A DNA stretch of 64,000 bases from Vermamoeba vermiformis (GCA_045837725.1 JBEWZL010000066.1:434001-498000), one strand, 5' to 3'; positions 12,791 through 26,117 are shown, numbered from the stretch's first letter. Notes: a model not told the origin generated them from the letters alone. Program-made: numbers and translations.

Positions 12791-13754
12791 CTAATGTTCC
12801 AATGACTTCAATTGACGCATCAAAATGGGTTCGATTCGTTCGACTGGCTCACCAGGGACACAATTGGATGGCGAATTGAAAATTGAGGCTATCGTTAAAT
12901 GTTATTAATACTTAAAATGAGTTAAATAATAATAGCAAATGTAACGTACGATCTTTAATGCCCACGTTGAAGCTGGCGTAAGTAGCTTCGGAATTTACGA
13001 TGACCATTTTATCTTGATAAGTACCCAAAACCCTATTCAATATGTATATGAGCTCATATCGTAACAATTATATGTTTTATTAGGTGCTTACTTGATTGGC
13101 ACGCAAGATTTTTGGGTCGTGGTAACTTCAACGAACGCGATTTGATTAAGTTGATAATTATATGTAGCAACAGGCGTGCTCATCAAATTATAATTCCAAA
13201 CGGATGATTCTCCAGCTAGCGTTCAATAAATTAGATCGCGCATCCGGTCAGATCTGAGGAACTTACGTGGAAAACAAGCCTTGCCAATTGGCGTTCCGGC
13301 GGTGTAAGTGCAAGTACCATTAGCCAAGATAAAGTATCGGCGATATCCTCTAATGGACTGGTATGCCGTAAAGATTAGAAGCGGCAAACTACGAATGAGA
13401 TCCAAAAAGACGTACCGGCTCGTATTTGTTAATCTCTGTAGAAAGGACTTTTGGTGGATTAGAGCCAAATAAAGAGTCTAATTTTTGAATTCGTACACGA
13501 CTGTTGTCAACGTCGAAGGAAATAGCAACAAATGAAGTGGTTGGGCCAGATTCAGAATCGAATCCGAACTCTGCAATCAGTTAATAAGCTGTTAATAATT
13601 TACCGCATTTTACCTTGAGCTTCCCATTGCGTAGGACTACGTAATTAATTAATTTTAGCGATCAAAAAATATTGTAACGGATTTACCTGCAGCAACCGGC
13701 CCAGACGGTACAAATTATGGCGGCAAGGACGGAAAATGTAACGATCGCTCTCAT
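12791..13754 (-). CDS. Ependymin-related protein (EPDR), secreted/lysosomal; many small exons
   Basis: Manual splicing gives signal peptide MRAIVTFSVLAAIICTVWAG, then CCSPTQWEAQ, ISFDVDNSR, GTCTY, KSCVPI and the C-terminal FNVGIKDPSIFNSPSNC. These match the ependymin C-x-P-x-QWE and F-x-x-GI-x-DP-x-x-F-x-x-P-x-x-C signatures. Confidence 0.85.
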
Positions 13755-14059
13755 TATTGTAGTGAGGGTGTACTAACTCGTTGATTTAACTCAAAAAATC
13801 ATTTTTCTGGGGCTATTCGTACATTTTTCTGATCGACTTTTCTTGCGAACTGTACGATTCGGATCTGTCAAAAATTATCGTCAGTATTGCTACGTAATAT
13901 ATATGATGCTTCGTACCATTCTCAGGACTCGTCTAAGTCTTCCAAACAAACAAATTCAAAGATCCATTTTAGATCCGTGTTATCAATACAAAGACGCTTG
14001 ATTTGGATAGAATATGGCTTTGTTCCTATTGTTATATATTACAAGCCAATAGTACATTA

Positions 14060-14961
14060 TTACATTATAATACAACGTGGTTTTTTGTACGGATGCGTTT
14101 GCCGTAGAATTCGGTAATCAATAATTTGCCTTGTTATAGTCTCCATAATATTATTAACTTGCTTAATTTCGTTAATTGAAATTTCCTGGTATTTTATCGC
14201 CCATTGCTCAGCAAACTTTTTCGCTTCCTCGATCGAGACTTTACGCTGTTGGATCAGATCGGTTTTGGTTCCTATTATTATCATAGGCATCTCTTTAAAC
14301 TCCCATCGCAATTTTGATACGTGCCTAATGATGCTAGATAATGATGCAAAACTTGCTGGATCCGTTACTGAAAAAACGAACACAAAGGCAAGCCCGCTCA
14401 TAATTAGCTGCAATATTATTAAATTAGTAAAAATTGACAATAATATAATCGTGTTTAGTATTATTTATGACGTTAATAATTGTTCTAATTAAAAAATATC
14501 GGGACGATCCCGATCGCTCACCTCATCTCGAGCAGCACTTCCATGAATATACCCGGCAACGTCCCACAACTCGAAGCTATATTGCATTGTGTCGACTGTA
14601 AGACTAAATACGCTAAAACGAAGGGGTCGGTTAGAAAAAAATTGGATGTGGAGACTAAATCAATTTGCTGACCTGTATTCGTCTTCTTTTGTCGGGTTAT
14701 AGATATTTGAGTATTCTTCATCGCCAAGGACCTTAATTAATGTTGACTTTCCAACATCTATAATAATTACGACAATTTAATTAAATACCAAAAATAGATC
14801 TGATATTTGTTTCAAATTAATTATTCCTTTTACAACCGTCATTATTAAATTTGATATTATTATAATATTGTCAAGAATATTTAAGTACCTGCAGCGCCTA
14901 AAAAGACTATTCGTTCGAATCTCGGAGATGCGCTCGGCGTTACCTCCGTAGCTGAGTCCAT
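14060..14961 (-). CDS. Divergent Ras-family small GTPase with CaaX box
   Basis: Spliced G1 GAADVGKS, effector region YNPTKEDEY, G3 WDVAGY, FVFSVTDPASF, G4 IGTKTD, C-terminus KKPRCIIM*. Confidence 0.9.
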
Positions 14962-15673
14962 TCGATTATTTAATATTAATTCCTTAGCATAAGTAGATTA
15001 GGCGTTGTCATCCGTTTAATAATAAAACGTGTCTATTCTAAAAATGGTTCTGTTTACTGAACGATCACGTGTTTAAAACTAAAATTGATAAATTTTCTGG
15101 GACTGGATTTGGTGACACGTTCCCAAAGATACTTAGCTTGCATAACCGAATCTTCAAGTATTATAACGCTATTTTTTTATTCATAACTCATAGTGCCGGA
15201 GAACACCCTGTCCACTCTCCATCGAACACGCCAAAAAACCCAGAATTAAATAAAAAGATTGAGATGGGTTGGGCGGACTAATGAACCTTAGATCTGAGAT
15301 TCGACACTAAGCACTTCACAAGGTGTGCAGTGTGATTTGTGCGGCGATCAGTGGTCTCAGCTACCTGCTGCGATTGTGTGCGCAAGAGTGGATCAAGGTA
15401 CGTGCGTCATTCTATAGAACGAAAAGTTTAATTAGTGTTCAGTTAGAAGTGTAAGTTGAAACACATCCGCACTTCGAATTTACGACTTGTCCCAAGATTT
15501 AATCCGTATTTTCCGTCACAAATCCATAAAAAGATCATAATGGGCATAAGTTACCATTCATGAATGAACTATTTCGTAATCAACTCGTGATCGATGAATG
15601 CATTCAGATCTATCTTTTCCTATGCAACAAGGCAATTATTTATTGTATAATTTCACAAATGATCTCTTATCTA

Positions 15674-17960
15674 TTAGTTGTTCTTCGCGAATTTGGGGTT
15701 GATATCAGTCAAAATTGAAGGGTTGAATAACACCGTGGCGGTCACTTCAGCGACACATTGTGACATCTCGTCCAATACTTGTGTGTTGATATTGTCAATA
15801 GTGTCGCAAGCTTGATGGTAGCAAGGCTAATAAAATAATAGTTTAGTAAACAGAAATCAAATTCGAAGAAAATTTGGATTCGTTGACGCGATCCGGATCA
15901 TCAACTTGCAACCACTTACGTCAAAGGCAGTGTTAGCCAAACCGCCAAAGATCTTTCTCTGCTCCATAGTCTTAATGACCTCAGCACCAGTGAACAAACC
16001 ACCAGCGGGAATGCCGTTAGCAATGAAGGCAGCATAGTCCGAACGACCGTCGAACTCGGTCAACATGAAGGCCAAGTCTTGGCTCTGGAAATAACCCTCG
16101 AACAGTTGTTGGATCAAAGCTGAGCCGTGACGCACGTCCTCGGGACCAGAAGAACCGTTGTGAATGCCGCGCATGAAGTTAGGCGAGCCCAACATGTCAA
16201 AGTTGAGGTTGAGCGCGATCTGAGCGAGTTGATCCGGGTGATTGTTCTTCAAATCAGTGACGTAGTAAGTTGAGCCAAGGAGACCTAATTCTTCAGCACC
16301 CCACCATGCCAATCGCAATTGAGCAGGTGAATCTTGCTTGAACATGTTAGTTTCGGCGACGATGCGCGCGAGAGCCAACAAAGTGGCAGTACCAGTGCCG
16401 TCGTCATTGATACCAGGACCAGCGGGAACTGAGTCCAAGTGAGCACCGACGACAACAACAGGTGAAGCAGGACCAGACAAAGGTTCGGCGAGAACGTTGA
16501 AAGTACCGACGTCTGTTGCAAAACTCATGTCAGAAAATCAGAACACAAAAAAAAAGTGCGGTTGGAATTCATCCGTGACCACGAAAAGTAGCGCGAAAAT
16601 TGAAAAAGATGTTCGGTATTGCTTATACAATAAATGACTTACGAGAGGTTTCACCGCTAGCAGTGACGTGAAGAGTGACAGGTTGGATCTCGTACAAATC
16701 CTTCAACAGTTTGCCAGCTTGGTTGCTGAGGAACAACACGGGGAAGGTAACGTTGTCCAAAGTCGAGGCCGTCATGACGCCGCCGTTGTTGTTGTAAACC
16801 AACAAAGCACTAGCTTTGGCAGCCATAGCATTGGCCTGTCAGCGTCACGCAAAGTCAGTGCCTGTCACGTGCTACAAAGTATTAATAAGTCGCGGACTTA
16901 CGGTCTTTTGCACGAAGGGGCAAACGCCTCGCAAAACGAGGGCAATGTTGCCTTCAGGGAAACCGGCCCAATCAACTGCATCGCAACCAAGGTTTTGAAC
17001 TAGCAGAAAAAAATTCGCGTCAGATCCAAGGTATTACCAAATAAGGAAAGCGATTGAAGTAGGCGAGAATAAATTCCTAGATTTCGCCAAGCAAATTGTC
17101 TATTCAATCGGCTATGGTAGGATTGACTTACCGACAGAAATGTTAGCAATAACGTCACCAGATCCGGAGAATTGGAAGCCAACAAAGTCGGTGCCGTAAG
17201 TGAAGTTGGACGGATTTGGAGTCACTTGAGCCAAAGTGGGCTGAGCAAGCTCAACGTACTTGGGCACAATGAAGTCTTGACGCTCGACCTTGTAGTAGCC
17301 GTAGCTGTTCAAGGTGTCCATCACATATTGACCAGTTACGTTGTAACCTAAAAATAGCATTGTTCATTAGAATCTTCGGATCACGTTCTGAAGCAGCAGA
17401 TCCAACCGTAAATTCGAATTTATGCAAGAATAACTTATTAAATATTAATAATATTCTTACCGATGCTTCCAGCGTAACGAGTACCATTATATGCGTAAGC
17501 AATATCTTGCAGTTTTTGCTTAATTCAGAAAGTTAGATACGCTTAAAAATATTGTAATGAATATGAGCATACCAAAGTCGTCATAATTTCTTCGACAGTC
17601 ATGCGAGACGAGAAAGTTTGGTTTAATCCGACGGATACAGGCGCAGCAGTGGGTGTTTCGGAAGTAGGAGCATTAGCAATAGGTGCTGAAGTGGGAGTCT
17701 CTGAAGGAGGAGGTGGGACAACAGTATTGTTGCTGTTCTTCTGTTGCTCTGCAAGCTCCGAACGCCACATCGAGAAAGTAATGGTCGCGCCAATCAAAGC
17801 ACCAAGGATTAAAATGCCCATAATTATTAAAATATACATCCTTCCGCGAGAGCGAACTTGCGGCTATAAATAAGATAAAGATCAGGATCAAATCTCGATC
17901 GCAATTGGTTAAACTTACGTGAGCAGCCACTAAGGGCCGATTTTCGTCGTCGCTGTACAT
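15674..17960 (-). CDS. M28 family aminopeptidase with PA domain and N-terminal membrane anchor
   Basis: VVGAHLDSV, GINDDGTG, WWGAEELGLLGS, LNFDMLGSPN, GRSDY and PCYHQACDT. PA-domain exons precede these. N-terminal TM segment (ILIIMGILILGALIGATITF) followed by a Pro/Thr-rich stalk. Confidence 0.93.
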
Positions 17961-18205
17961 TACTGCAAAGTGTTGTGCTCAATACACGCTGGAAGCAAAA
18001 ATAAGAAGGTAGGTTCTGGCACCGGTGATTCTTGCCTTTTTCTGATTGACAGTTCTTATGACGCCAGAAAATCACCCAGAAATATCTAGATACTATTACC
18101 AGTATTAGTAAAAATGTCAATGTGAGTTATGCACGTTGGTATCGTAATAGAGCTGCGCGCAGCAGATCTTGATCAAGAAAAGAATATTTTTACCTGCCGG
18201 ATCCA

Positions 18206-19157
18206 TTAAGCGTTTTTGCATGCAATATCCAATGCTTCTGTTATCTGTTTCCAGTTGTAGGCAACAAAAACGGTTTTGTCTTGTTTTATCGCAAGATCCA
18301 ACTTGGTAATTGATTTCAAGCTGATGTGTTCTAGTGCGCACAATTGTACGAGTTTAGAATTGTCATCGAAGCTTCCTAATAATATTCCATAGTCCGCTGA
18401 TAATAAGGCCAGTAGATCGTTGAGACTATCCCCAATACAGACGAGTTTCGCAGATTCGTCTTTCGAATCCATCTCCGCTCGAAGCTGCCGGACCTGAACA
18501 GCCTTGTCCTGCGCACTATGAATGCCATGTGTAATATTGCCTAGAAAGTGATAGTTAGCAAAATGAGTCGTAACGAGATCCAGGCCAGTACACGCACCAC
18601 TTGAAATTCCATTACCGTCTGCCTCAAGATCATTTGCATGAACGACGAAGTGAGAGCTATGAGCAGGAAATTGAATTGATAAGAACTCTTTAATAACGAG
18701 TTTGGACCAGCTGAGGCTGAGAACGTGGATCGGATCAGCTCCAGAAATTTCAAGCAGCTTGGTGACCGCTTCGTGCATTCCTTCTTTCGGTTTAATATTT
18801 TTAGCCAAATCTTTAAGCTGAGCAGTGGTTATATCTTGCAAATAGCGACCATCAATCGTCTCTGCACGCATCCAAAGTTAGCTTGCTAAAATCAAGTCGA
18901 AGAGGGTGAGTCGTAATACCTTTAATTGACTTTGATTCGAATGCAGCCATATCATTGAAGTAATTCATCATTGATTTGTTGCTAAGGGCATGAGTCAAAG
19001 CAAGACTAGATTGCTTCGTGAACTCATCCAAATATTTCTTCTCGAATACTTTCCATTGCGAGTTGTTTTTGGTATTCAGCGATGCTATTAAGCTCGTTGT
19101 ATCAGTTGCTGTTAATGTTTCATCGAAGTCAATCACGAAACGCAAGGCAGTGCTCAT
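18206..19157 (-). CDS. HAD-superfamily hydrolase (thiamine-monophosphate-phosphatase/UPF0655-like)
   Basis: Motif I FVIDFDETLT, motif II HVLSLSWS, motif IV CIGDSLNDLLALLSADYGI. Confidence 0.85.
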
Positions 19158-19656
19158 CTGACCGTTTTCTGTCAATAAAAAATTCAGAAATCTGAATTAA
19201 ATCAATATTATTATAGTATGGTGACCCCTTAAATTCTATTTGAACAATGGATTAATTTTCAAAAATTCTCAAAGACAAAAAAAAGTATTGTTGCTGGATC
19301 CGAGTTTACCTTGCTTATTTAATTTGGACAATCTTAGCACAGTTTGCGAACCTTGAGGCAGCTTTCAATAACATAGGTTTTTACAGCCACGTGTGGCTCC
19401 AGTGTCCATTCGTGATCAAATTGAGATAAAACGAAGGAAAACAAAACTTTATTTGCGTTGACTAAAGGTCGCAATGATCACCTTCAGTTCAGAATATTTA
19501 GCGTTAAGTTCCCGATCTCTAGTTACTTCTAAACAGAGACGTTTGGCTGGCGAAGTGGAAATTCCCACGCGGTACAGTATCAAACCATTGTTTTTAAAGG
19601 CCCCATATTCAGTTTATTTTACATTATAGCTCATTGTTCAGATGCAATGTGCATCG

Positions 19657-22384
19657 TTAGTAATCACTGTAACTATTCATTGGACGCTCTGGATGCGTTA
19701 AGCCGTAAGTCTGTAGTGCAAAGTCAGCGTACCATTGTGGCGGTGACAAGAACTCATAAACAAATGACGTAAAGAAGCAGCGTTCTATCGAAATACCATC
19801 CACATCCGTAAGAAAGGCCGTATGAAGAATATGCAAGAACACGTAAACGTCGTCCAGATCCCATCCACAAGCTTTCATAACTTGCTCTAGAACTTCCTTA
19901 TTTGATTCCTCTCTTTTGAACGACCACTCGTGATATCCACCACCAGTAGTCTCGCAGAATTCTCTGTAATACATTCGATGCTTCGGAGAATTAGATTTTA
20001 AATCTCCGACCCAGATGTGCTGCACGGTGTCATCGTACGAGAAGCAAAATTTAAAGGAGCCATATTTAAGTTCAATATAGTGTTCGTTTTTTGGGTCTTC
20101 GAGTTTGCTATTAGTCGCTTGAAATAGCTTGAGTATTTGAGACTGCTTTTTCTCGTCTTTGAGAAACAATGCCCACCGCCATAATTCTTTTTGCCGAAAT
20201 AAATCACGAATTTCTTCTGGATAGCCTTTAAGCTCATGATCCCAATTAACTTGTGCCTCTTCGCTCCGTGGAAACCTTATTCCGTTCTCTATTGCTGTAC
20301 GAAATCGACTCGTAGATCACATCCACGCATTGAAATTTTAGCGGCAGAATTATGGAATTACAGTGCATTTGCGCGATTATGTTTGCAGTCACCGCTCTCC
20401 CGCTTTCATTTGCTTTCAAACTGATTTTGGCCCCTAAAATAAATAGGTCAGAACGGCTTCTGATCTTAGTCTAATACTATTTCTATTCTTAAACTTAAAT
20501 TAATCAGTATTTGATAGCGGTAATTTTCGTACCTTTTTTGACCAACAGCCGTAAAATATTAGTCAATCCAATCTCAACAGTTACTTTAGCAATGTGATCT
20601 GAGATTGTCCTGACTCAGAATATTCATCTCAGGCCTATACACCATTAATCGGATCATTGCCTCATTATGCGTTTCCCAACACGCGACGATATCTTCTTCG
20701 CGGATTTTAGCTCCTAATGTCCAGAATTAGCCTCTAGTCATCCAAAAAAATTCTTTTGAGTAGAACCGTTACCTAATTCAAGCAATTTAATGGCCGCTTG
20801 AACTCGATCATTTTTGATCGCCGTATTGAGCAACGACTTCCCATTGTGGTGATGAATACTTGCGCCTAAGAAATATAACAAGTGTTACTTAACAATGTTT
20901 TAATTGGGGTAGTTGATAGTAGCAATAATAATAGAATAATTTTGCATGGCGTACCATTTTTGACGAAAAATTCTACTTTTTCTGGAGCGTCCCACTCCTT
21001 CAATAAACGATGCACGACATTGGTTAATAATATTTTTCTCGTATGATGCTTTCGAGCTTTGTTCCATGCCGCCTCGTTTTTAATCAACGCCTCGAAAGCT
21101 CCACTGCTGCAAGGATCGTTCTGGATCTGAGACAAGCACGTGAAGCCATTGCGATTTTTCTTAGAAAAATTGATCGGTAATTTCCATACTCTGTCCCAAT
21201 CAGTTGTTCGACTGCACCGAGCAATGTACTTGTGTATTGGTGAAATTAAGTCCGAATTTGGCTTGTTAATGAGTTCTGGAAATGTATCAGCGATGTAATA
21301 AAACACTTCTGGGTCTGCATTGTTCATAGCGTAATGAAGTATATTGTTGCCGAGCGGATCCACGAAGTTGGGATCGAGCAAATTGGTTTGTTTTTTGTTC
21401 AGCTTTTTATCTCCATAAACCACTAGCGCAAGCATATAGAATCTTTCGGCTATACGTCCATCCCTAAAAAGTGAATTTGGAATATTTTCTTAGCGAAATT
21501 CAGATCCGTCCAAATCTTACGTGTACGATATTTTGGCGGGAACTTCAGTTGCAATTGCTTCGCAAACCTTTTCCACTTGATCGGAAGATCGCCAACGCAT
21601 GCTTCGATCGATAGTGACGATGTGGCTAAAAAATTAGAAATTCAGAATTTTTCTCCGAGTTAAGGCTAATACTAGTATGGCGAAAACTATTAAATAAGCG
21701 TTACCAAGAAATATTTGTTGTATTATTATATGATTTTTTAAAAATTACTTACGTAGCGCCAATGTATTCAGCGGCAATGTTGACTTGCTCCTTCGTAACA
21801 ACGTCACTTTGATCCGCTACAAGATGAAGAATGGCAAATTGATGCGTTACTGTTGGTGTAGACTTGAACGTAAGCGGAAAAGTCTTTAAGGTAAGAACGG
21901 GTGAGATAGAATTCAATAATTCGTCTTAGTACTTACGTTTAGATATAGGCTCTCTAGTGACGATTTATCGCGTAATACTGCTAAAAATACAGCGTCTAAT
22001 TGTGCGACTTTCTTGCTTTTTTGGGTACTGAGCGGATCGAAATGCGTAACAGAATAATAATGATCACAGAAAAAATTAATACGTATTCCTGCCAATAACA
22101 AAGCATATTAATGTTGATAAAAGTGAGTCATTAAAATATTATCTAATTTTTGAAGGAAGATTGAGATTATCGAACTTACGATCTCCTTTCGGCGTCTTCA
22201 TTACGTGATCGTACTGAGGTACTATACTATATGGATTTTCGGCATAAAATAAACCCATTAATGCCATTGCATCCTCGCCAATACAAAAGAAATTTAGCTC
22301 ATCCTTGGGCTGAGTCTTTGGCGCAACTTGACTGAACGGAAAGTTCGTCTTTTCAATCTTCCATAAGTCACTATTGCCTTCCAT
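19657..22384 (-). CDS. Tandem family copy 1: degenerate small-GTPase domain + ankyrin repeats + BC/SOCS-box-like motif + C-terminal domain (frame break near 20250-20300)
   Basis: ATG at 22384 (MEGNSDLW). GTPase-like segments LDAVFLAVLRDKSSLESL and VTKEQVNIAAEYIGAT. Ankyrin DPLGNNILHYAM. LPLKFQCVDVI. CTD WRWALFL...GWDLDDVYVFL...PPQWYADF. Confidence 0.75.
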
Positions 22385-22540
22385 GTTGTATGACAACAAC
22401 TACTTATGGAAGTCCTGTGTTCTCCGACAAAATAACAATCGCGGACTAAATCTTACAACTTAAACTTTATTATTTTACTACTGTTACAAAATAGCTTAAT
22501 CATCACTAGAGCTCGAAGAAGAAGAAAAACTATACGAACT

Positions 22541-25224
22541 TTATGAAGCGCTGTAGCTTAAAGAGCCAGAAGACGAGTCGCTCTCTTCATCGGGTTCAGC
22601 ACCATGAGTTCGTCGAGGTTTTCTTCGCGAGTCATAAGACTTGGGTGGGTCAATGCCATAGACCTTCTGCACAAAGTCTTGGTACCATTTAGCAGGTGCA
22701 ATGAGATCATCTACCGGGCTCGGAAAGAAAAAATTCTTTGCCAAGATCTTCGAGATCCGCTGATCGAGGTCCTTTTCCTTTTCAGAACCCGGGAACGCAC
22801 TATAACAGATCATTAAAAATATATAATCGTCTTCGGTTGGCCAGCCAATTGATTCCAATATTTGATGTAAAGTCTCGTAATTAGCCTCTTTGCGGACATC
22901 ATAAGGCTTCATAGATTTTCTCGGATCTCCCTTCGTGTATCTGAGGATTTCGTATTTTGTTTCAGGCGGTGTTTCCGTTAATTTTCCAGGCCAAATTTGC
23001 ATTCCAACTTTGACCATCGTTGTCCAATCTCTTGTGTCGTAAACTCGGCTGTAATTGCATTTTACTGAAAATTCGACGTCTCCCGTATAAATCTGGATTG
23101 ATCTCTTGTCTTCCGTCGATCGCTGAGCTCTATTGATAGCGCTGTATAATTGCAAGTATCGATTTCTGCGAGTTTCATCTTCCAAAAATAGCGTCCACCG
23201 CCACAAATCTTTTTCATGAAACAGAGCTTTAATTTCCTCGGGCCAAGTTGCGGAGATTTTCTCCAGCTCTTCTTTCGACGTTGACCAAGTAAGGGCATCA
23301 ACGCACAAGTACTTCAGCGGAAGTGTAGGGTTGTTACATTGTGCAATGATATTTGCCACGGTCAGTTTTGTAACGGCATTACGCTCTAATTCCAACTTGC
23401 AACCTAATTTGCCATCAGGACATTAATTCAGTGCCCGGTGTGATCTAATATTTTCATTCTATTACCTTTTTTGGCAAATAGACTGACGAGATCGACCCAG
23501 CCTGCATCCACGGCGTAAGTGCATAACGGGTTTAACTGCTCCTTGGTCAGCGCATGTAAATCGAACTTTTTCAAGACAATGTCGACTGGCGGGCGTTTCT
23601 TGCTGCGAAATGCAGCTGTAACGCTCTCAAACGAAACACGCACATCTGAAGATAAGACGATGTAAGATATTTATACCACAATTTCATGGGAGGGATACGT
23701 ACGATCAACCAACAGATTTGCCACTTTAAGCATTTGGTCATTTTGCAAAGCAGCATTGAACATATCTTCTTTCTCATTCGCTCCTGGCGTGAAGATTAGT
23801 ATCAAAAACGATATAAAAAAACCGTCAAAGTTCAATAGTCGTACCGCGGTCGAGGAAAAATTGAACAATTTCGACACCGTGATCCCCGTCCTTCGTAGTC
23901 CTATCGGAGATGTACTTAATGGCCACCGTCGATAATAGCTTTGAAATATTATGGTCCTTCTTGACTTCATTCCAAGCCCTTTCGTTGCTCACTAACGCGC
24001 GAAAAGCGGCGATTAATTCTACCAGTGGGATTTCGCATAATTTTTCAACGCCGGTCAGCCCCTTTTTGTTCCTCGTGGAATAATTCCACGGCAATTCCCA
24101 GAATAATTTCCAGTCAAAGTATTTCACGCTGCCGTGACGACGCAAATGCAGCAAGGCCAAATGATGTAGCGGCGTGTTGCCGAAGATATTCTGCGCATTA
24201 AGAAGTGTTGGATAACTCTTTGCAACGTGCATAAACACATCTAAGAACGGATTATGAATGGATAAATGTGCGATAGTGTTGCCGAGCGGATCAGTTGTTG
24301 TGAGTGGATCCATTTTATGCGTCTGAAATTTCTTCAGTGAGCCCCAACGAGCATCTGCCAAGTATGTATGTTGCTTTAATAGAGTTTTGTGGTCCCTATC
24401 ATAGTATTAATATGCGCATAGTCGAGAGTAGCCAGGCTACTTACGGGATCGAGTAGTCTTTCGTAATTGCGTTACAAAGGTGTTGAATTGTTTGAGTTTT
24501 AGCTTCTTTTGTATTTTCAAGCATAGTAACGTTTGCGCTATTATTATAAGCTTAGTGAGTGCCAAAGAACAGGAAAAAAAAACGGATTCGTTTTGCTACG
24601 TACACTGATCCGATCCACTTGCCAACAGCAGTAAAAATATCGTCAGGAACTGGATTGTTTTCTTCGCTTGGCATTCTATGCATCATGTATCGCTCAGAAC
24701 TTTCGAGTTTAACCGAGTACAAAAAGTTCTTTAAAATTGTAAGAGATCAGGTCAGCTACGCAACAATATTTAAATCTATCTTTTGCCTTACCGAATCAAA
24801 AAGCCCTCCAAATTCATTTTCGTCGAAGCTTGCTAGCGCTAATATGAAGCCTCTGCATTTTGGTACTTGCGGTTTCTGAAAAAACCATGCGTCTTCAAAT
24901 TGCTTCAATACCTCCATATCAACGTCCTTTGATAAGGACTCGGGCCATAAAGAGACTTGGACCTCTGAAATAATAATAATATAAAAATTTTAAATTTAAT
25001 TTTCAAAAAAGTCGTTCGCAGCGAATGTACACTACTATATAAACGTTATATTTTAATACAACGTTCTTACCTTTATTTTTGTAGACCACGGTATAATTGC
25101 TGGCTTTCTTAAGAAGGAGATGTGCTGAACTACCCGAGACACCAATTAAGAAATCCTTCGGGGCCGATATATTTTTGCTTTTATAGCCGTAAGGATTTTC
25201 TTCGAACTTAAAGGGTTGCTCCAT
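22541..25224 (-). CDS. Tandem family copy 2: degenerate small-GTPase domain + ankyrin repeats + BC/SOCS-box-like motif + C-terminal domain
   Basis: LIGVSGSSAHLLLKK, YTVVYKNK|EVQVSLWP, CRGFILALASFDENEF, AVGKWIGS. Ankyrins DPLGNTIAHLSI and NIFGNTPLHHLA. LPLKYLCVDAL...WPEEIKALF. CTD GWPTEDDYIFL...PAKWYQDF. Confidence 0.8.
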
Positions 25225-25553
25225 CGTTACTAAAAATTGCTTAAATTGTTAGTCTTGGTCGAAATGAGTTTTTAACGGCCAGTGCGATTTCAAATAAATC
25301 ATTTCCGTCCAACACAGGAATGCAATAAAGAACCTTACCGAAAATAATGTAGAGTTGCAACCTGAAGATTTTTCCTATCTCACGCGATAACGCAGCAATC
25401 CCGATCGTATCTGGCTGACTGATGGAGAACTCGAACAATCTAGAAAATGAGACAGTAAGTTTTCAACTCGATTGTTAGAATTTACGCGCATAATATTTAC
25501 CATAATAAGTCGCATCCAGTAATTGGAAATAATATTATATTATTTGAATTGTA

Positions 25554-26037
25554 ATGACTCTCTTCCGTATTTAACTAAAACTACGAACCATATTATTCTC
25601 GCTAAGAATTATTTTAATATTATTAGAGCAGTGCTACCGCAGAGTTCAGCGATGTCAATTCTGCATCCGCATCTGTCCTTGCTACTTCTTCAGGTATGAT
25701 TCCAACGTCACATCGATGACTAGTCATTTTATCTCAAGAAGCATCGAGTACCTCTTTTTTTTTGTCCTCTCGTGTTTGACGTGTCACACGTCATCAGAGT
25801 TCTGTTGCAGAACCAAAGCCGACTTTTCGTACGGTGAATGATGATGCAATGGACGAAGAAGATGATGAAAGCAGTGAAGATGAGGACTATGATCATTCGG
25901 AACATTTCTATCAACTAGCCAAGAAGCAGTACGAAGATATTCTTGCTCAAGATCCGACCAACACAGAGATCAAAGAAAAACTTGCCACGTTAATTTACAC
26001 GCATAATTATGCGAACAAGAGACAGAAAACCAAATGA
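25554..26037 (+). CDS. Small acidic protein with a single TPR-like helix pair; 5' end uncertain
   Basis: Intron about 25694-25810 joins SASVLATSS|EPKPTFRTVNDDAMDEEDDES...AKKQYEDILAQDPTNTEIKEKLATL...NKRQKTK*. Confidence 0.5.
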
Positions 26038-26117
26038 AGAATTTATAATAACAGTTCAGTTTTATTTTTTCAAGGCTGATCGCGTTTTTTTTACATCCGT
26101 TAAATTAAGTTTAGATT

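Noticed and set aside
15240-15620. Relatively GC-rich intergenic patch with splice-like signals (possible small gene or ncRNA)
   Set aside because: I could not assemble an ATG-initiated frame or recognise an RNA family.
22496-22543. Alternative genetic code (TAA/TAG reassigned)
   Set aside because: TAA, TAG and TGA all terminate well-supported genes in this window, and conserved exons have no in-frame stops.
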